Counted from the stretch's first letter, positions 8,928 to 18,614 are shown. The stretch: DNA of 37,301 nucleotides from a virus (IMGVR_UViG_3300043449_001054:1-37301); one strand, 5' to 3'. Translations and numbers: made by a program. The notes: generated by a model not told the origin, from the sequence alone.

Positions 8928-9197
8928 ATGGCAGCAATAAAAGGACAAGAGAAAACAGTAGGCTCAGGCAGAAAAAAAGGCGTACCCAATAAAATGAACG
9001 CTGACCTGAAGAATATGATTCATGGGGCGTTGCAAGATGCTGGAGGTCGTGAGTATTTGCTATTACAGGCACATGAGAACCCCTCGGCCTTCTTAACGCT
9101 GGTCGGCAAGATTATCCCGAAAGACATCAATCAAGAGATTAGCGGTAATGTCGGCTTAATGGCGAATATTATTATCAATGGCGTTAAAAAAGATTGA
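8928..9197 (+). CDS. terS: Terminase small subunit (putative)
   Basis: GSGRKKGVPNK...LK.MI..AL...GG..YL...A..NP.AF..L.GK..P, immediately upstream of terL. Confidence 0.75.
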   Translation: MAAIKGQEKTVGSGRKKGVPNKMNADLKNMIHGALQDAGGREYLLLQAHENPSAFLTLVGKIIPKDINQEISGNVGLMANIIINGVKKD

Positions 9198-10449
9198 TAT
9201 CAAAGCCGACGTTCCCGATGCGCTGATCCCTTTAGCGTCACCCGCACGGTATAAAGTCGTTTACGGTGGTCGAGGCAGTGGTAAGAGCTGGACAGTAGCG
9301 CGGTTACTGGTGGCGCTATGTGTTGCAAAACCTATTCGCGTCTTATGTGCTAGGGAAACCCAACGATCAATCACTGAGTCAGTGCATAAGCTGATTAAAG
9401 ATCAAATCGATTACCTTGGGGCGCAAGAATTCTTCCAGATTACAGAAAACAAAATCTCATGCGTCAATGGCTCGGAGTTTAGCTTTGCGGGTATTCGTCA
9501 ACAAGGCGTTGCAAACCTAAAAAGTTATGAGGGTGTTGATATTTGTTGGGTTGAAGAAGCCCAGGTGGTTACAAAGCGTTCATGGGACGTTCTGATACCG
9601 ACCGTTAGAAAACCTGGCTCTGAAATCTGGATTACCTTTAACCCTGAGCTAGACACTGACGAGACTTATACCCGTTTTGTACTTTCGCCGCCGACCGACT
9701 CAATCGTTATCAAATGCAACTATGCACACAATCCGTGGTTCCCAGCCGAACTAGAGAAAGAGCGTATCGACTGGCTCGAACGTGATCCGGTCGGCTACAA
9801 AACCACCTGGGAGGGTGAGTGTAGGCCAGCCGTTGAAGGCGCTATTTACGCTGTCGAGATGGCATCTTTGCAAGAGCATGGGAGGCTTTGCAATGCGCCG
9901 TATGATCCACTCTTAAAAGTCCACACTGTATGGGATTTGGGCTGGAATGACTCAATGGCGATTGCCTTAGTGCAAAGAGCCTCATCGGGCGAGATCAGGA
10001 TCATCGATTACATTGAAGACAGTCACCGCACGTTAGATAGTTACGTTGCCGAAATTCGCGATAAGAAACTGAATTGGGGTATCGACTTCATTCCCCACGA
10101 TGGCCGCGCTAAAGACTTCAGAAGCGGTAAGTCTTCAGAGGAAATACTCAGGGCATTAGGCCGAGTGCCATTTGTGCTAAGTCAAAGTGATGTCGAGAGC
10201 GGTATCAAAGCCGCACGTATGATGATTTCACGCTGCTGGTTTGATCACAAAGCTGGCGGCCTGGTCAATAGACTCAAGCGCTACCGAAGGACGCAGAACT
10301 TGACTACTGGCGAGTTTGGGTCGCCCTTGCATGATGATAATTCCCACGGTGCAGACTGCTTTCGCTATATCGCCATGGCCGAGCAGCAGATGACCAATGA
10401 CGATTGGGGCAGTCAAACACTCAAGTACCCAGAGCTTGGATATCACTAG
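9178..10449 (+). CDS. terL: Terminase large subunit (PBSX/XtmB-like)
   Basis: YGGRGSGKS Walker A, WVEEAQ Walker B, TFNP, WDLGWND nuclease, SHGADCFRY. Confidence 0.96.
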   Translation: MALKKIDIKADVPDALIPLASPARYKVVYGGRGSGKSWTVARLLVALCVAKPIRVLCARETQRSITESVHKLIKDQIDYLGAQEFFQITENKISCVNGSEFSFAGIRQQGVANLKSYEGVDICWVEEAQVVTKRSWDVLIPTVRKPGSEIWITFNPELDTDETYTRFVLSPPTDSIVIKCNYAHNPWFPAELEKERIDWLERDPVGYKTTWEGECRPAVEGAIYAVEMASLQEHGRLCNAPYDPLLKVHTVWDLGWNDSMAIALVQRASSGEIRIIDYIEDSHRTLDSYVAEIRDKKLNWGIDFIPHDGRAKDFRSGKSSEEILRALGRVPFVLSQSDVESGIKAARMMISRCWFDHKAGGLVNRLKRYRRTQNLTTGEFGSPLHDDNSHGADCFRYIAMAEQQMTNDDWGSQTLKYPELGYH

Positions 10450-10499
10450 ATATAGTAAAAATTACCCATAAATCTACACAAAAACACTATATCTAGTTG
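10443..10499. promoter_or_regulatory. Tandem NrdR-box-like operators
   Basis: TCACTAGATATAGTAA (10443-10458) and ACACTATATCTAGTTG (10484-10499), 41 bp apart. Compare consensus acaCwAtATaTwGtgt. Confidence 0.6.
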
Positions 10500-10524
10500 T
10501 TTTACTATTAGAATGCTATAAAAT
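10497..10524 (+). promoter_or_regulatory. Putative sigma70 promoter of the holin-portal-capsid operon
   Basis: TTGTTT (10497-10502), 16 nt, TAAAAT (10519-10524). Also TGCTATAAA as an extended -10. Confidence 0.45.
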
Positions 10525-10539
10525 ACTAATCATTAGTTA

Positions 10540-10553
10540 CTGTCGGGAGACAG
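10540..10553 (+). promoter_or_regulatory. TGTC-GGGA-GACA RBS hairpin, copy 1
   Basis: CTGTCGGGAGACAG just before ATG 10556. Confidence 0.8.
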
Positions 10554-10555
10554 CA

Positions 10556-10726
10556 ATGAAGTTTCTTTCTGATAGGTTCAAAGAACTATCGACCTGGCGC
10601 GCCCTTGTCTGGTGCGCTACCGCATTCGGTTTAGTCACACTTTCCCCAGAGCAAAGCAACGCCGTGATGGCTGTCGGCATGGCTTTAGCTGGCGGCATAG
10701 GCTTCGGGCCGGATAAGCTCAAATGA
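10556..10726 (+). CDS. Small membrane protein, putative holin (56 aa)
   Basis: MKFLSDRFKELSTWRALVWCATAFGLVTLSPEQSNAVMAVGMALAGGIGFGPDKLK*. Two hydrophobic segments, RxKExSTWR motif. Missed by the ORF track. Confidence 0.65.
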   Translation: MKFLSDRFKELSTWRALVWCATAFGLVTLSPEQSNAVMAVGMALAGGIGFGPDKLK

Positions 10727-10959
10727 TGGATGAAGACCGCTTTATAGAGCTGTTAGACAATGCGCTAGATAAACGCGCAAGAATCGACGCCAAATTGCAC
10801 GGCGCTCATCACGATTTTGTTCAGCGTTGGATCGAAAAAGAAAAGATCAAAGCGGAGCGCTGGGAAGAAATCAAACGCCAAGTCTTTGGCTGGGGCTTAA
10901 TCGCCATCATTGGCGCAATCGGCACGGTCGTCGCTAAAAAGGCTGGTATTCAAATATGA
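10723..10959 (+). CDS. Small protein with C-terminal TM helix (lysis-associated?)
   Basis: Charged N-terminus then VFGWGLIAIIGAIGTVV. ATGA overlaps at both ends. Confidence 0.6.
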   Translation: MMDEDRFIELLDNALDKRARIDAKLHGAHHDFVQRWIEKEKIKAERWEEIKRQVFGWGLIAIIGAIGTVVAKKAGIQI

Positions 10960-12935
10960 ATGATGACCAGTTAAAAGCCCTCCTCGATACTGAGATCAAA
11001 AACTCTCTAGGCTACAGCACCGGCCAGCTTGCGCGTGACCGTGAGAAAGCCCTTTACTATTACTATGGACAAGCCAAGGGCGATTTAGCGCCCAGCTCTA
11101 TCGAAGGCCGTTCATCGGTTGTCGATACGTCGGTGATGGACACCGTTGAATGGATGCTGCCGACAATCCTGCGGATGTTCACTGCTGGGGATAAGGTCGT
11201 CGAGTTCCAGGCCAAGCGTGAGCAGTTTGAGGAGCAGGCCAAACACGCGACTGAGTACATCGGTCATCATGTGTTTAAGGTTCAAAACCCTGGTTTTAGC
11301 ATCTTACACACCTGGTTCAAAGACGCGATGCTGTCGAAAGTGGGCATCGTCAAGGTGTGGTGGGATGTTACGCAAGACGAATCCCGCGAAGATTACAAAG
11401 GCTTGACCGACATCGAGCTAGGGATGTTGCTGCAAGACAAGCACGTTCAGCCTATCGAGCATTCTGAATACATTGATCAGATGACTGGTGAGATGTGCCA
11501 CGACATTGCCGTGAAACGCGTTGTGGATAAAGGCTTCTGTCGCATCGAGAACGTTCCGCCTGAAGAATTCCTGATCAGCCGTCGCGCCAAGAATTGCGAA
11601 GATGCGCCTTTTGCTGCTCACAGATTTGAGCGCACGATAGGCCAGCTTAAAGAAGCAGGCTATAAAAACGTTGATAACCTGTCCTCTGATGATTCAGATG
11701 GCACGTTAGCGCCTGAGCGCATTACCCGCAAGCTCCAGAATGATGAACTTGGGTGGCTGCGTGACACCTCGCAGACCAATGATCCGTCGATGCGTAGCGT
11801 TTGGGTGACTGAATGCTTCTTGAAAGTCGATTATGACGGTGACGGCATCCCAGAGTGGCGCAAAATCACCAGAGTGGGTAACACCATCCTTGCGAATGAG
11901 GAATGCGACGGCAACCCGTTTGTGACGATCACGCCGGTTCCCATTCCTCACCAGTTTTTCGGCTTATCGGTCGCCGATTTGGCGATGGAAGCTCAACGGA
12001 CTAAAACCGGCTTGATGAGGGCCATGATTGACAACATCTATTTGTCAGTCAACGGTCGCACCTGGGCAGTCGAGAACCAAGTCAATCTTAACGACCTGCT
12101 GACTAATCGTCCTGGCGGTGTGGTGCGCGTGAAATCGCCTGACGCTGTCGGCGCGCTGAGTGCTGGCGCGGGTAATCTGCGTGATGCTTTGGGCATGATG
12201 GACTACATCGACCAAGCGAAGGAAAACCGCACTGGTTTCACCCGTTACTCACAAGGCGGCAATGCTGACGCACTGAACCAAACCGCGACTGGCATTTCGA
12301 TCATCACCAACAAAGCCGATATGCGCTTGGAGTTGATAGCACGAAACTTTGCCGAAAACGGGGTTCGTCCTTTGTTCAGCAAAATCTTGGAACTCATCAG
12401 TAAATACCAAGACAAGGTTGATCGAATCAAAGCAACCGGTGGTTGGGTGGATATCGACCCTCGCGAATGGAAAAACCAATTCACTCTTGCAGTGAATGTG
12501 GGGCTTGGCACAGGCAATAAAGACGAAATCTTGCAGTCATTGCAAACCCTTGCAATCGCTATGGGCCAAGCGGCACAAGCCGGTATCGTCAAGCCTGACA
12601 ACATTTACGCGGCGGCGGTCAAATTGACTGAAACGCTTGGCTTCCCGAATCCATCGCAATTCTTCACCGATCCATCGACCTTGCCACCACCAGAACCGCA
12701 ACCTGATCCGGCCTTATTGCAAGTGCAAGCGGCTATCGAGATCAACAAACAGCAAATGGAACTGGAAGAAAAAAAGACGATGGCCAAAATCTCGCAGGAT
12801 CAGCTCAAGCTCGAAGCCGAAATCATGATGAAACGTGAAGAATTGGCGGCGAAGATTGGCATTCAGCAGGAAGAATTTAACAACAAAATTATCACTCAGC
12901 AGGTGCTAAATGGATTTGCAGGAACAGGCGCATAA
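10956..12935 (+). CDS. Portal protein
   Basis: 659 aa after terL; GRSSVV...V.DTVEW, KVGIVKVWW, IENVPPEEF, PIPHQFFGLS, NQTATG, VNVGLGTG, C-terminal coiled-coil barrel. Confidence 0.92.
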   Translation: MNDDQLKALLDTEIKNSLGYSTGQLARDREKALYYYYGQAKGDLAPSSIEGRSSVVDTSVMDTVEWMLPTILRMFTAGDKVVEFQAKREQFEEQAKHATEYIGHHVFKVQNPGFSILHTWFKDAMLSKVGIVKVWWDVTQDESREDYKGLTDIELGMLLQDKHVQPIEHSEYIDQMTGEMCHDIAVKRVVDKGFCRIENVPPEEFLISRRAKNCEDAPFAAHRFERTIGQLKEAGYKNVDNLSSDDSDGTLAPERITRKLQNDELGWLRDTSQTNDPSMRSVWVTECFLKVDYDGDGIPEWRKITRVGNTILANEECDGNPFVTITPVPIPHQFFGLSVADLAMEAQRTKTGLMRAMIDNIYLSVNGRTWAVENQVNLNDLLTNRPGGVVRVKSPDAVGALSAGAGNLRDALGMMDYIDQAKENRTGFTRYSQGGNADALNQTATGISIITNKADMRLELIARNFAENGVRPLFSKILELISKYQDKVDRIKATGGWVDIDPREWKNQFTLAVNVGLGTGNKDEILQSLQTLAIAMGQAAQAGIVKPDNIYAAAVKLTETLGFPNPSQFFTDPSTLPPPEPQPDPALLQVQAAIEINKQQMELEEKKTMAKISQDQLKLEAEIMMKREELAAKIGIQQEEFNNKIITQQVLNGFAGTGA

Positions 12936-13173
12936 CGCTATTTCAAGAGCCGAGCAAGCCGAGTATTTAATCAACCATCCGCTATTCGACGGTTTATTCC
13001 GCGAACTAGGCGAAGTTTATAACGATGCTTGGTTTAACACCCAGGCGCATGAGCATCAAAAAAGAGAAGATTTATGGCGAAGAATGCAAGTACTGAAACA
13101 CCTGAAGCAGCATTGCTTGACGATACTGCAAACGGGCAAGTCAGCGTCGGAAGTGCTGAATTCAATGCCTTGA
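12910..13173 (+). CDS. Conserved head-module hypothetical protein
   Basis: RAEQAEYLINHPLF...W..T......RE.LW...GK pattern, found between portal and scaffold. Confidence 0.7.
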   Translation: MDLQEQAHNAISRAEQAEYLINHPLFDGLFRELGEVYNDAWFNTQAHEHQKREDLWRRMQVLKHLKQHCLTILQTGKSASEVLNSMP

Positions 13174-13355
13174 TGGCATGGATCGATGAGCTGGAAGCTA
13201 AAGACCCCACGATTCGAGTGCATCAAGTTTTGACCAAGTACAGAGAGGCTCCTGACTACATCAGGGTGCGCTACAGCTACCCAGAGGTGAAAGTGGCTGA
13301 AATGTCGGGCTATGCGAAGGGCGATGGCTCTATCGTGCTTTTTGGCCCAAAGTAA
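13173..13355 (+). CDS. Hypothetical protein
   Basis: ORF 13074-13355. TGATG coupling suggests start at 13173 (MAWIDELEAKD). Confidence 0.5.
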   Translation: MAWIDELEAKDPTIRVHQVLTKYREAPDYIRVRYSYPEVKVAEMSGYAKGDGSIVLFGPK

Positions 13356-13365
13356 TTACTTAACC

Positions 13366-13382
13366 AGCGTCGTGATGACGCT
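13366..13382 (+). promoter_or_regulatory. Related hairpin AGCGTC-GTGAT-GACGCT before the scaffold gene
   Basis: 6-bp stem with GTC/GAC core like the TGTCGGGAGACA family. Confidence 0.55.
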
Positions 13383-13405
13383 ACTTTCCTTGCGAGGATT
13401 TAAAG

Positions 13406-14344
13406 ATGGAAGAAGCTACCCAGCAATTGGATGCTCCACTACAAACGGAATCGCCAGCGGTTGAAAACCAAGGCAACGATGATGCAGCGTTATTGTCTGC
13501 ATTCTTAACGGCACAAGAACAAGCCGACGACCATTCTGATTCAGAAGCCGGAAATCCTGCTTCCCAAGCGGATGAACAGAATCAACAGCCGTCTGATGTT
13601 TTTACCGTCAAGGTGAATGGCACTGAAAAGCAAGTAACACGCGATGAATTGATTGCTAATTTTCAAAAAGGCGAGGCTTCTAACCAGCGATTTGAAGAAG
13701 CCGCGAACTTGAGAAAAGAAGCCGAGGCGTTACGTGAGAATTTTCAAAGCCAGCAGTACGCTTTACAAAATGCGTTGAACAACTTTCAACAGATTGCACA
13801 GCAATGGGCGTCCGAGGGCCAACCCAACTGGCAAGAGTTGCTGGATAACAACCCGCATGAGTATTTGCGTCAAAAGGAAATGTGGCAGGCCAGAAGCGAG
13901 CAAGTCCAAAAAGCCCAGGCCGCACAGGCTTACCTGCAACAACAGCAGCAACAACAGCAACAGGTCTTTATGCAGCAGCACTTGCAGCAAGAAAGCCAAA
14001 AGCTGTTTGAGTTGATACCAGAATGGAAAGATGAGGGGAAACGGGTATCGGAGGAAAAAGATTTGATCGATTTCCTGACGAAGCAAGGCTATAGCCGAGA
14101 CGACCTGATTAACCTCAATCAATCCAGAGCCTCGAACATTAAGCTCGCGATTGACGCAATGCGTTATTCAAAGCTGGTGGAGCAGGCTAAACAATCTGGT
14201 AAGCGTGTGCAAGGGTTGCCACCCAGAGTAGAGCGACCAGGCGTCGCAACCAATCAGTCGGGAAGCCGTGAGGCTTATAACCGACTAGGAAAAACCGGTT
14301 CACTCGATGATGCAGCCGCCGCTTTTGCGGAGCTTTTCGGGTAA
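13406..14344 (+). CDS. Capsid scaffolding protein
   Basis: Acidic N-terminus, FTVKVNGTEKQVT.DEL...Q, Q-rich coiled coil, IPEWKD, C-terminal KTGSLDDAAAAF. Directly upstream of the capsid gene. Confidence 0.85.
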   Translation: MEEATQQLDAPLQTESPAVENQGNDDAALLSAFLTAQEQADDHSDSEAGNPASQADEQNQQPSDVFTVKVNGTEKQVTRDELIANFQKGEASNQRFEEAANLRKEAEALRENFQSQQYALQNALNNFQQIAQQWASEGQPNWQELLDNNPHEYLRQKEMWQARSEQVQKAQAAQAYLQQQQQQQQQVFMQQHLQQESQKLFELIPEWKDEGKRVSEEKDLIDFLTKQGYSRDDLINLNQSRASNIKLAIDAMRYSKLVEQAKQSGKRVQGLPPRVERPGVATNQSGSREAYNRLGKTGSLDDAAAAFAELFG

Positions 14345-14354
14345 CCACAACCAC

Positions 14355-14368
14355 TCGCCGAGAGGCGA
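14355..14368 (+). promoter_or_regulatory. Related GNRA hairpin TCGCC-GAGA-GGCGA before the capsid gene
   Basis: 5-bp stem with C-GAGA-G loop in the scaffold-capsid intergenic region. Confidence 0.5.
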
Positions 14369-14393
14369 CATATTCCCAAGCAGGAGAAGTTAA

Positions 14394-15377
14394 ATGGCCA
14401 TTGTTACAGGCACCTATCAGACCTTTCAAGCGAAAGGTATTCGCGAAGATTTAACCGATATCATCTATCGAATCACACCGACTAAAACCCCGTTTTTGTC
14501 AGCGATTCCTAAAGTCAAAGCGACTAACACATTCCACGAATGGCAAACTCAAGATTTGGCCGCAGTGAGCGCGAATGCCCAAATCGAGGGTGATGATGTT
14601 ACCTCGTTTGGCGCAGTCACACCGACTGTTCGTCTGGGTAATTACACTCAAATTTCAACCAAGAACGTCATCATCTCAGGCACCAACCAGGCGGTAAAGG
14701 CGGCGGGTCGCAACAATGAGATGACCTACAATCTTAGCCTCAAATCTGCTGAGTTGAAGCGTGATATGGAAGCAGCCCTTTGTTCTGCTGCCAATGGTGT
14801 AGCAGGCGCGGTTTCTAACGCGACCACTTCAGCGACTCATGCCGGTTCAACCTCTGCGGCGCGTTATCTGCGCGGTTTGGAAGGCTGGATTGCCACGAAC
14901 GTTGACCTTGGCGCAACCGGTGTGGCTCCTGTGTATACCATGGGATCATGGGCGGCACCGACCGACGGTACAGCTCGTGCATTTACCGAGTCTCAGTTGA
15001 AGAACGTGTTGCAGTTGGCCTACACCCAAGGGGGTGAGCCAGACATGATCATGGTAGGCCCAAGTCAAAAGCAAACCTTCAGCACTTTTACCGGTGGTAA
15101 CACTCGTTTCGACAAGTCAGAGGATAAAAGCTTAACCGCAGCGGTTGACGTCTATATCAGCGATTTTGGCACATTGCAAGTGATGCCAAACCGCTTCCAA
15201 CGTACCCGCACCGCTTTCGTGTTGGAGACTGAGAAATGGGCATTGGCAACTTTGCGTCCTTTTGAAACCGTTGACCTGGCGAAAACTGGCGACGCTGACA
15301 AAAAGTTGCTCACTGTTGAGTACACACTGGAGTCGCGTCAAGAGAAAGCCTCAGCGGCGGTCAAAGACTTGCTGTAA
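14394..15377 (+). CDS. Major capsid protein (DUF5309/SU10-like)
   Basis: GIREDLTDIIYRITPTKTPF, HEWQTQDL, RLGNYTQI, ELKRDME, YISDFG, LAKTGDA..EYTL. AGGAG RBS. Confidence 0.93.
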   Translation: MAIVTGTYQTFQAKGIREDLTDIIYRITPTKTPFLSAIPKVKATNTFHEWQTQDLAAVSANAQIEGDDVTSFGAVTPTVRLGNYTQISTKNVIISGTNQAVKAAGRNNEMTYNLSLKSAELKRDMEAALCSAANGVAGAVSNATTSATHAGSTSAARYLRGLEGWIATNVDLGATGVAPVYTMGSWAAPTDGTARAFTESQLKNVLQLAYTQGGEPDMIMVGPSQKQTFSTFTGGNTRFDKSEDKSLTAAVDVYISDFGTLQVMPNRFQRTRTAFVLETEKWALATLRPFETVDLAKTGDADKKLLTVEYTLESRQEKASAAVKDLL

Positions 15378-15386
15378 GCCCTATAA

Positions 15387-15414
15387 GCTGGGGTTAACAG
15401 CCCCAGCCTTTTTA
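15387..15414 (+). terminator. Rho-independent terminator after the capsid gene
   Basis: GCTGGGG-TTAACAG-CCCCAGC followed by CTTTTT. Confidence 0.8.
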
Positions 15415-15428
15415 TTGTCGGGAGACAA
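15415..15428 (+). promoter_or_regulatory. TGTC-GGGA-GACA RBS hairpin, copy 2
   Basis: TTGTCGGGAGACAA immediately after the terminator, before ATG 15431. Confidence 0.8.
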
Positions 15429-15430
15429 GA

Positions 15431-15727
15431 ATGGTTGAAGCCATACAAATTCAGGCATCGGGCGTCACGTTAACGACCAGCGGAACGTCGGCGCGTAATG
15501 CCATCCCAAACAACGCCAGCGGCAAAGCGCCGAATTATGTACGTATTCAGGTGACTAACTATGCCTACGTCAAATTTGGTGATAGTGCCGTGACTGCAAC
15601 AACCAGCGATGTATTGCTATCGCCGAACGAATCAACGGAATTTGCGATTAGCGGTAACACACATATCGCAGTGATTCAGCAAGCGACAGCGGGTGTTGTC
15701 AACATCACCCCGTTGGAGAACCTGTGA
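15431..15727 (+). CDS. Small beta-rich putative virion protein
   Basis: Follows the capsid gene; VRI....AYVKFG...TAT..D.LL pattern. Confidence 0.7.
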   Translation: MVEAIQIQASGVTLTTSGTSARNAIPNNASGKAPNYVRIQVTNYAYVKFGDSAVTATTSDVLLSPNESTEFAISGNTHIAVIQQATAGVVNITPLENL

Positions 15728-16026
15728 TGCAAGCGGCAGACATGCATACCAGCTTTCATGCCGACACCATGGGCGAGACGTTTGTCGTTCAAAACCAGCA
15801 AGACGTTGAGCCGATTATTGAGCATTGCAAGATGTTGAATGATACCGGTGCGGTCGGTGGTAGTGAGATGCGTCATGCCGCGTCATTTCCCATGGTGCTG
15901 GTGGAGTCTTACTGTAACCAGCACGGCATCACGTTTGCTGACTGGCTCAAAGACAAGGAACACATCAAACGGATGCTGCGTGATCCTGATCTGAAAGGCT
16001 TCAGGATCTGGCAAGGGCGCGTCTGA
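15724..16026 (+). CDS. Conserved phage hypothetical protein
   Basis: QDVEPIIEHCK...MRHAASFP.VLVE...L.DPD...FRIWQGRV. Confidence 0.75.
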   Translation: MMQAADMHTSFHADTMGETFVVQNQQDVEPIIEHCKMLNDTGAVGGSEMRHAASFPMVLVESYCNQHGITFADWLKDKEHIKRMLRDPDLKGFRIWQGRV

Positions 16027-16634
16027 TGGCGATCAGCACTTACTCAGAGCTAGTCTCAGCGATTGGTAATTGGATTCACCGTACCGACCTTGGCACGGTG
16101 ATCCCCGATTTCATTAGGCTGGCAGAGTCGCGGATGCAAAACGACCTCGATATTCGGCAACTCGATGTGATTACCACGGTAACCACAACGGGCGGAACCA
16201 ATGTGGTCAGCTTGCCGACGAATTTCAACCAGATGAAAGCGTTGTCAATCACCAGCGGCGGGATTGTCCAGGTGCTAGATTTCTTGCAGCCTGAGATGTT
16301 ACTGCAAAAGTACGGCAGCCAAAGCAGCACGTTTCCTAGAAGCTATGCGATCAGGGGCAGTAATCTCTTGCTAGGGCCAACCCCAGATGGTGCTTATTCG
16401 CTTTCAATGGAGTATCAAGCGACGATCACAGGGCTAACCGTGAGCAACGCTACGAATGACGTATTGACGGCTTACCCAGAGGCTTACTTACATTGTGCGC
16501 TGATTTACGCGGGGCAATACACGCGAGATGTCGAGCTAGTCGCAGGCATGGAGCAACTTTATGCCGCCGATGTCACTCGTATCAACGGCCAAAACTGGGC
16601 GCAACAAGCCACGATGTCGATTAAAACAGGATAA
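16026..16634 (+). CDS. Head-to-tail adaptor protein
   Basis: MAISTYSEL..AI..W.HR.DL...IPDFI.LAE, P.PD..Y, N..L..YP..YL. Confidence 0.8.
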   Translation: MAISTYSELVSAIGNWIHRTDLGTVIPDFIRLAESRMQNDLDIRQLDVITTVTTTGGTNVVSLPTNFNQMKALSITSGGIVQVLDFLQPEMLLQKYGSQSSTFPRSYAIRGSNLLLGPTPDGAYSLSMEYQATITGLTVSNATNDVLTAYPEAYLHCALIYAGQYTRDVELVAGMEQLYAADVTRINGQNWAQQATMSIKTG

Positions 16635-16637
16635 ACC

Positions 16638-18614
16638 ATGGCATTAGAAACAGGCACGTACATCAATGATCTTGTGATCACCAATCCGACCAGCACTGAT
16701 CCTAAAAGTCAGGGTGATGACCATCTAAGGCTCGTCAAAACGATTTTAAAAAACTCGTTTGCGGGATTCCCTGGCATGGTGATTGTTACCGGCACAGAGG
16801 CACAGGGCGCAACCGTCAACGATTACACCGTTACAGTTAGCCCTGCGCCTTCTGCCTACACTGCATCGATGCTGGTGGTATTTAAAGCGACGCATACCAA
16901 CACGAGCACTTGCACATTGCAGGTTAATGGACTGGGCGCAAAAACAATGCTGGATGGAATGGGCAACGCAATTGGCGCGGGGTTTATTTCAACGGGAGAG
17001 GTTGAAGCGGCCTATTATGACGGAGCTAATTTCTATTGCGTCAGCAAACAAACAGCACCGACTCAAGCAAGCACCGATAATTCGGCAAAATTAGCAACCA
17101 CGGCGCAAGTGCAATCCGCAATTTTGAACGCTTTCGCAAACTCGCCTGTTTTTTCGGGCGTTCCGAGAGCGCCAACAGCGACAACCGGCACAACCGGCAC
17201 TCAAGTTGCCACCCTTGATTATGTTGTTGGTACTGCTGTAGCGGCAGCATCTGCAAATACCGCACCTTTGTGGGTGAGCGGGACGACGTACAGTTACAAC
17301 GACGTACGAGTAAGCCCCATAACGTATATTGCATACCGTCGAAAGTCAGAAGGTGGCGGCACAACCGACCCATCTCTTGACGCTGCAAACTGGATTGTTG
17401 CCGCAAACATTCAAGCCGTTCCTATAGGCGGCTGTATTTTGATGCTGTATAGCGGTAATGTTGTCAGCGTAAACGGTGTAGATTACCTTAGGTGCGGAAC
17501 GTTGGCGCTAGAAGCAAGTTATCCAAATTACCCCACAAAGTGGGCATGGAAAGAGCCAGCGGGTTTTACGCCTTTTTATGGGATTGGTGCTGTTGAGCCG
17601 CAATTGTCCAGCACTTTTATAAACACAGGATCTCTGCTGTTGTGTATCAACTCAAGCGGTCAAATTGTTTATTCAAGTGATGGCATTACTTGGACGGCAG
17701 CAACAGGGCCATCTTCTGTTAATGCTATTACTTATCAAAACAACGTTTTTTGCGCGACACAAAGCACAGCATCAAGCAGAGTAACTTATACTTCTAGCAA
17801 CGGCACGGTATGGACGACAAATTCAACTGCACTGCCTACCGCAGGTCTGTGGGAAGTGAAATCGGCTAATAATCAGTTTTTGGCGGTTGATAAATCCAAC
17901 GGTTCTACCGCTGTTGCATATAGCACAAACGGCAGTTCTTGGACGGCTGCGGCTACCGTAGCCCACACAAATAGTTGGAGGACGCCAGCTTACCTCAATG
18001 GCTATTGGGTGCTGTTTGACAGCAACAGTACAACGTCCTGCTATAGCTCAACAGGTGCGTCGTGGACATCAATGACCGGCATGCCATCATCACCGTCTTT
18101 GCCGCAGTTTTTCGCGGCAAATTCCAATGCGATCATTGGCACGATAAACCAAAACACTACCACGTACGCAGTATCGACAAATGGTACGACATGGACAACA
18201 GGTACATTTCCTACGTCTGGCACCTATTATGTAAGACAGACCATTAACGATATCCTGTTTGTTAATATGAACGGCGGAAATTTTTACTTCTCGACAAACG
18301 GCACAAGCTGGACAAATACAGGGATAAGTTCCTCAACTTACCCCTATTTGGCATATTTTGGTGGCTCTTATTACGCTTGGGGTAGCGCTGGAACGCCAAA
18401 GGTTTCTACTGATTTAATAACGTGGTCTACCTTTCCTTATAACGTTATCGCGACTGCCGCAAACGTAGGGAATTCCACAGTTTTCAATAATTATTTAATC
18501 TGTCTCCCTTCATCATCAATACAGGCTCGTGTGATCGATATAGCAACCGTTTATGTCGGCCAAAACACGGCACCGTCTGTTAATCCATTCACCGCCTATA
18601 CGAGGGCGCAATAA
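16638..18614 (+). CDS. Tail fibre/spike with C-terminal Asp-box-like (S.[DN]G..W) beta-propeller
   Basis: N-terminal anchor MALETGTYI.DL...NP...D....GDDHLRL.K, ATTAQV/PTAPTA fibre repeats, ~7 S.[DNT]G..W repeats. Confidence 0.85.
   Translation: MALETGTYINDLVITNPTSTDPKSQGDDHLRLVKTILKNSFAGFPGMVIVTGTEAQGATVNDYTVTVSPAPSAYTASMLVVFKATHTNTSTCTLQVNGLGAKTMLDGMGNAIGAGFISTGEVEAAYYDGANFYCVSKQTAPTQASTDNSAKLATTAQVQSAILNAFANSPVFSGVPRAPTATTGTTGTQVATLDYVVGTAVAAASANTAPLWVSGTTYSYNDVRVSPITYIAYRRKSEGGGTTDPSLDAANWIVAANIQAVPIGGCILMLYSGNVVSVNGVDYLRCGTLALEASYPNYPTKWAWKEPAGFTPFYGIGAVEPQLSSTFINTGSLLLCINSSGQIVYSSDGITWTAATGPSSVNAITYQNNVFCATQSTASSRVTYTSSNGTVWTTNSTALPTAGLWEVKSANNQFLAVDKSNGSTAVAYSTNGSSWTAAATVAHTNSWRTPAYLNGYWVLFDSNSTTSCYSSTGASWTSMTGMPSSPSLPQFFAANSNAIIGTINQNTTTYAVSTNGTTWTTGTFPTSGTYYVRQTINDILFVNMNGGNFYFSTNGTSWTNTGISSSTYPYLAYFGGSYYAWGSAGTPKVSTDLITWSTFPYNVIATAANVGNSTVFNNYLICLPSSSIQARVIDIATVYVGQNTAPSVNPFTAYTRAQ

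Noticed and set aside
10540-10553. LexA (SOS) box
   Set aside because: CTGT-N6-ACAG has the wrong spacing (N8 required) and is simply copy 1 of the late hairpin motif.
13920-13990. CAG/CAA tract as a separate repeat element
   Set aside because: It is an in-frame poly-Gln stretch of the scaffold coiled coil.
16638-18614. Diversity-generating retroelement acting on the tail fibre
   Set aside because: No reverse transcriptase and no template/variable repeat pair were seen in the window.
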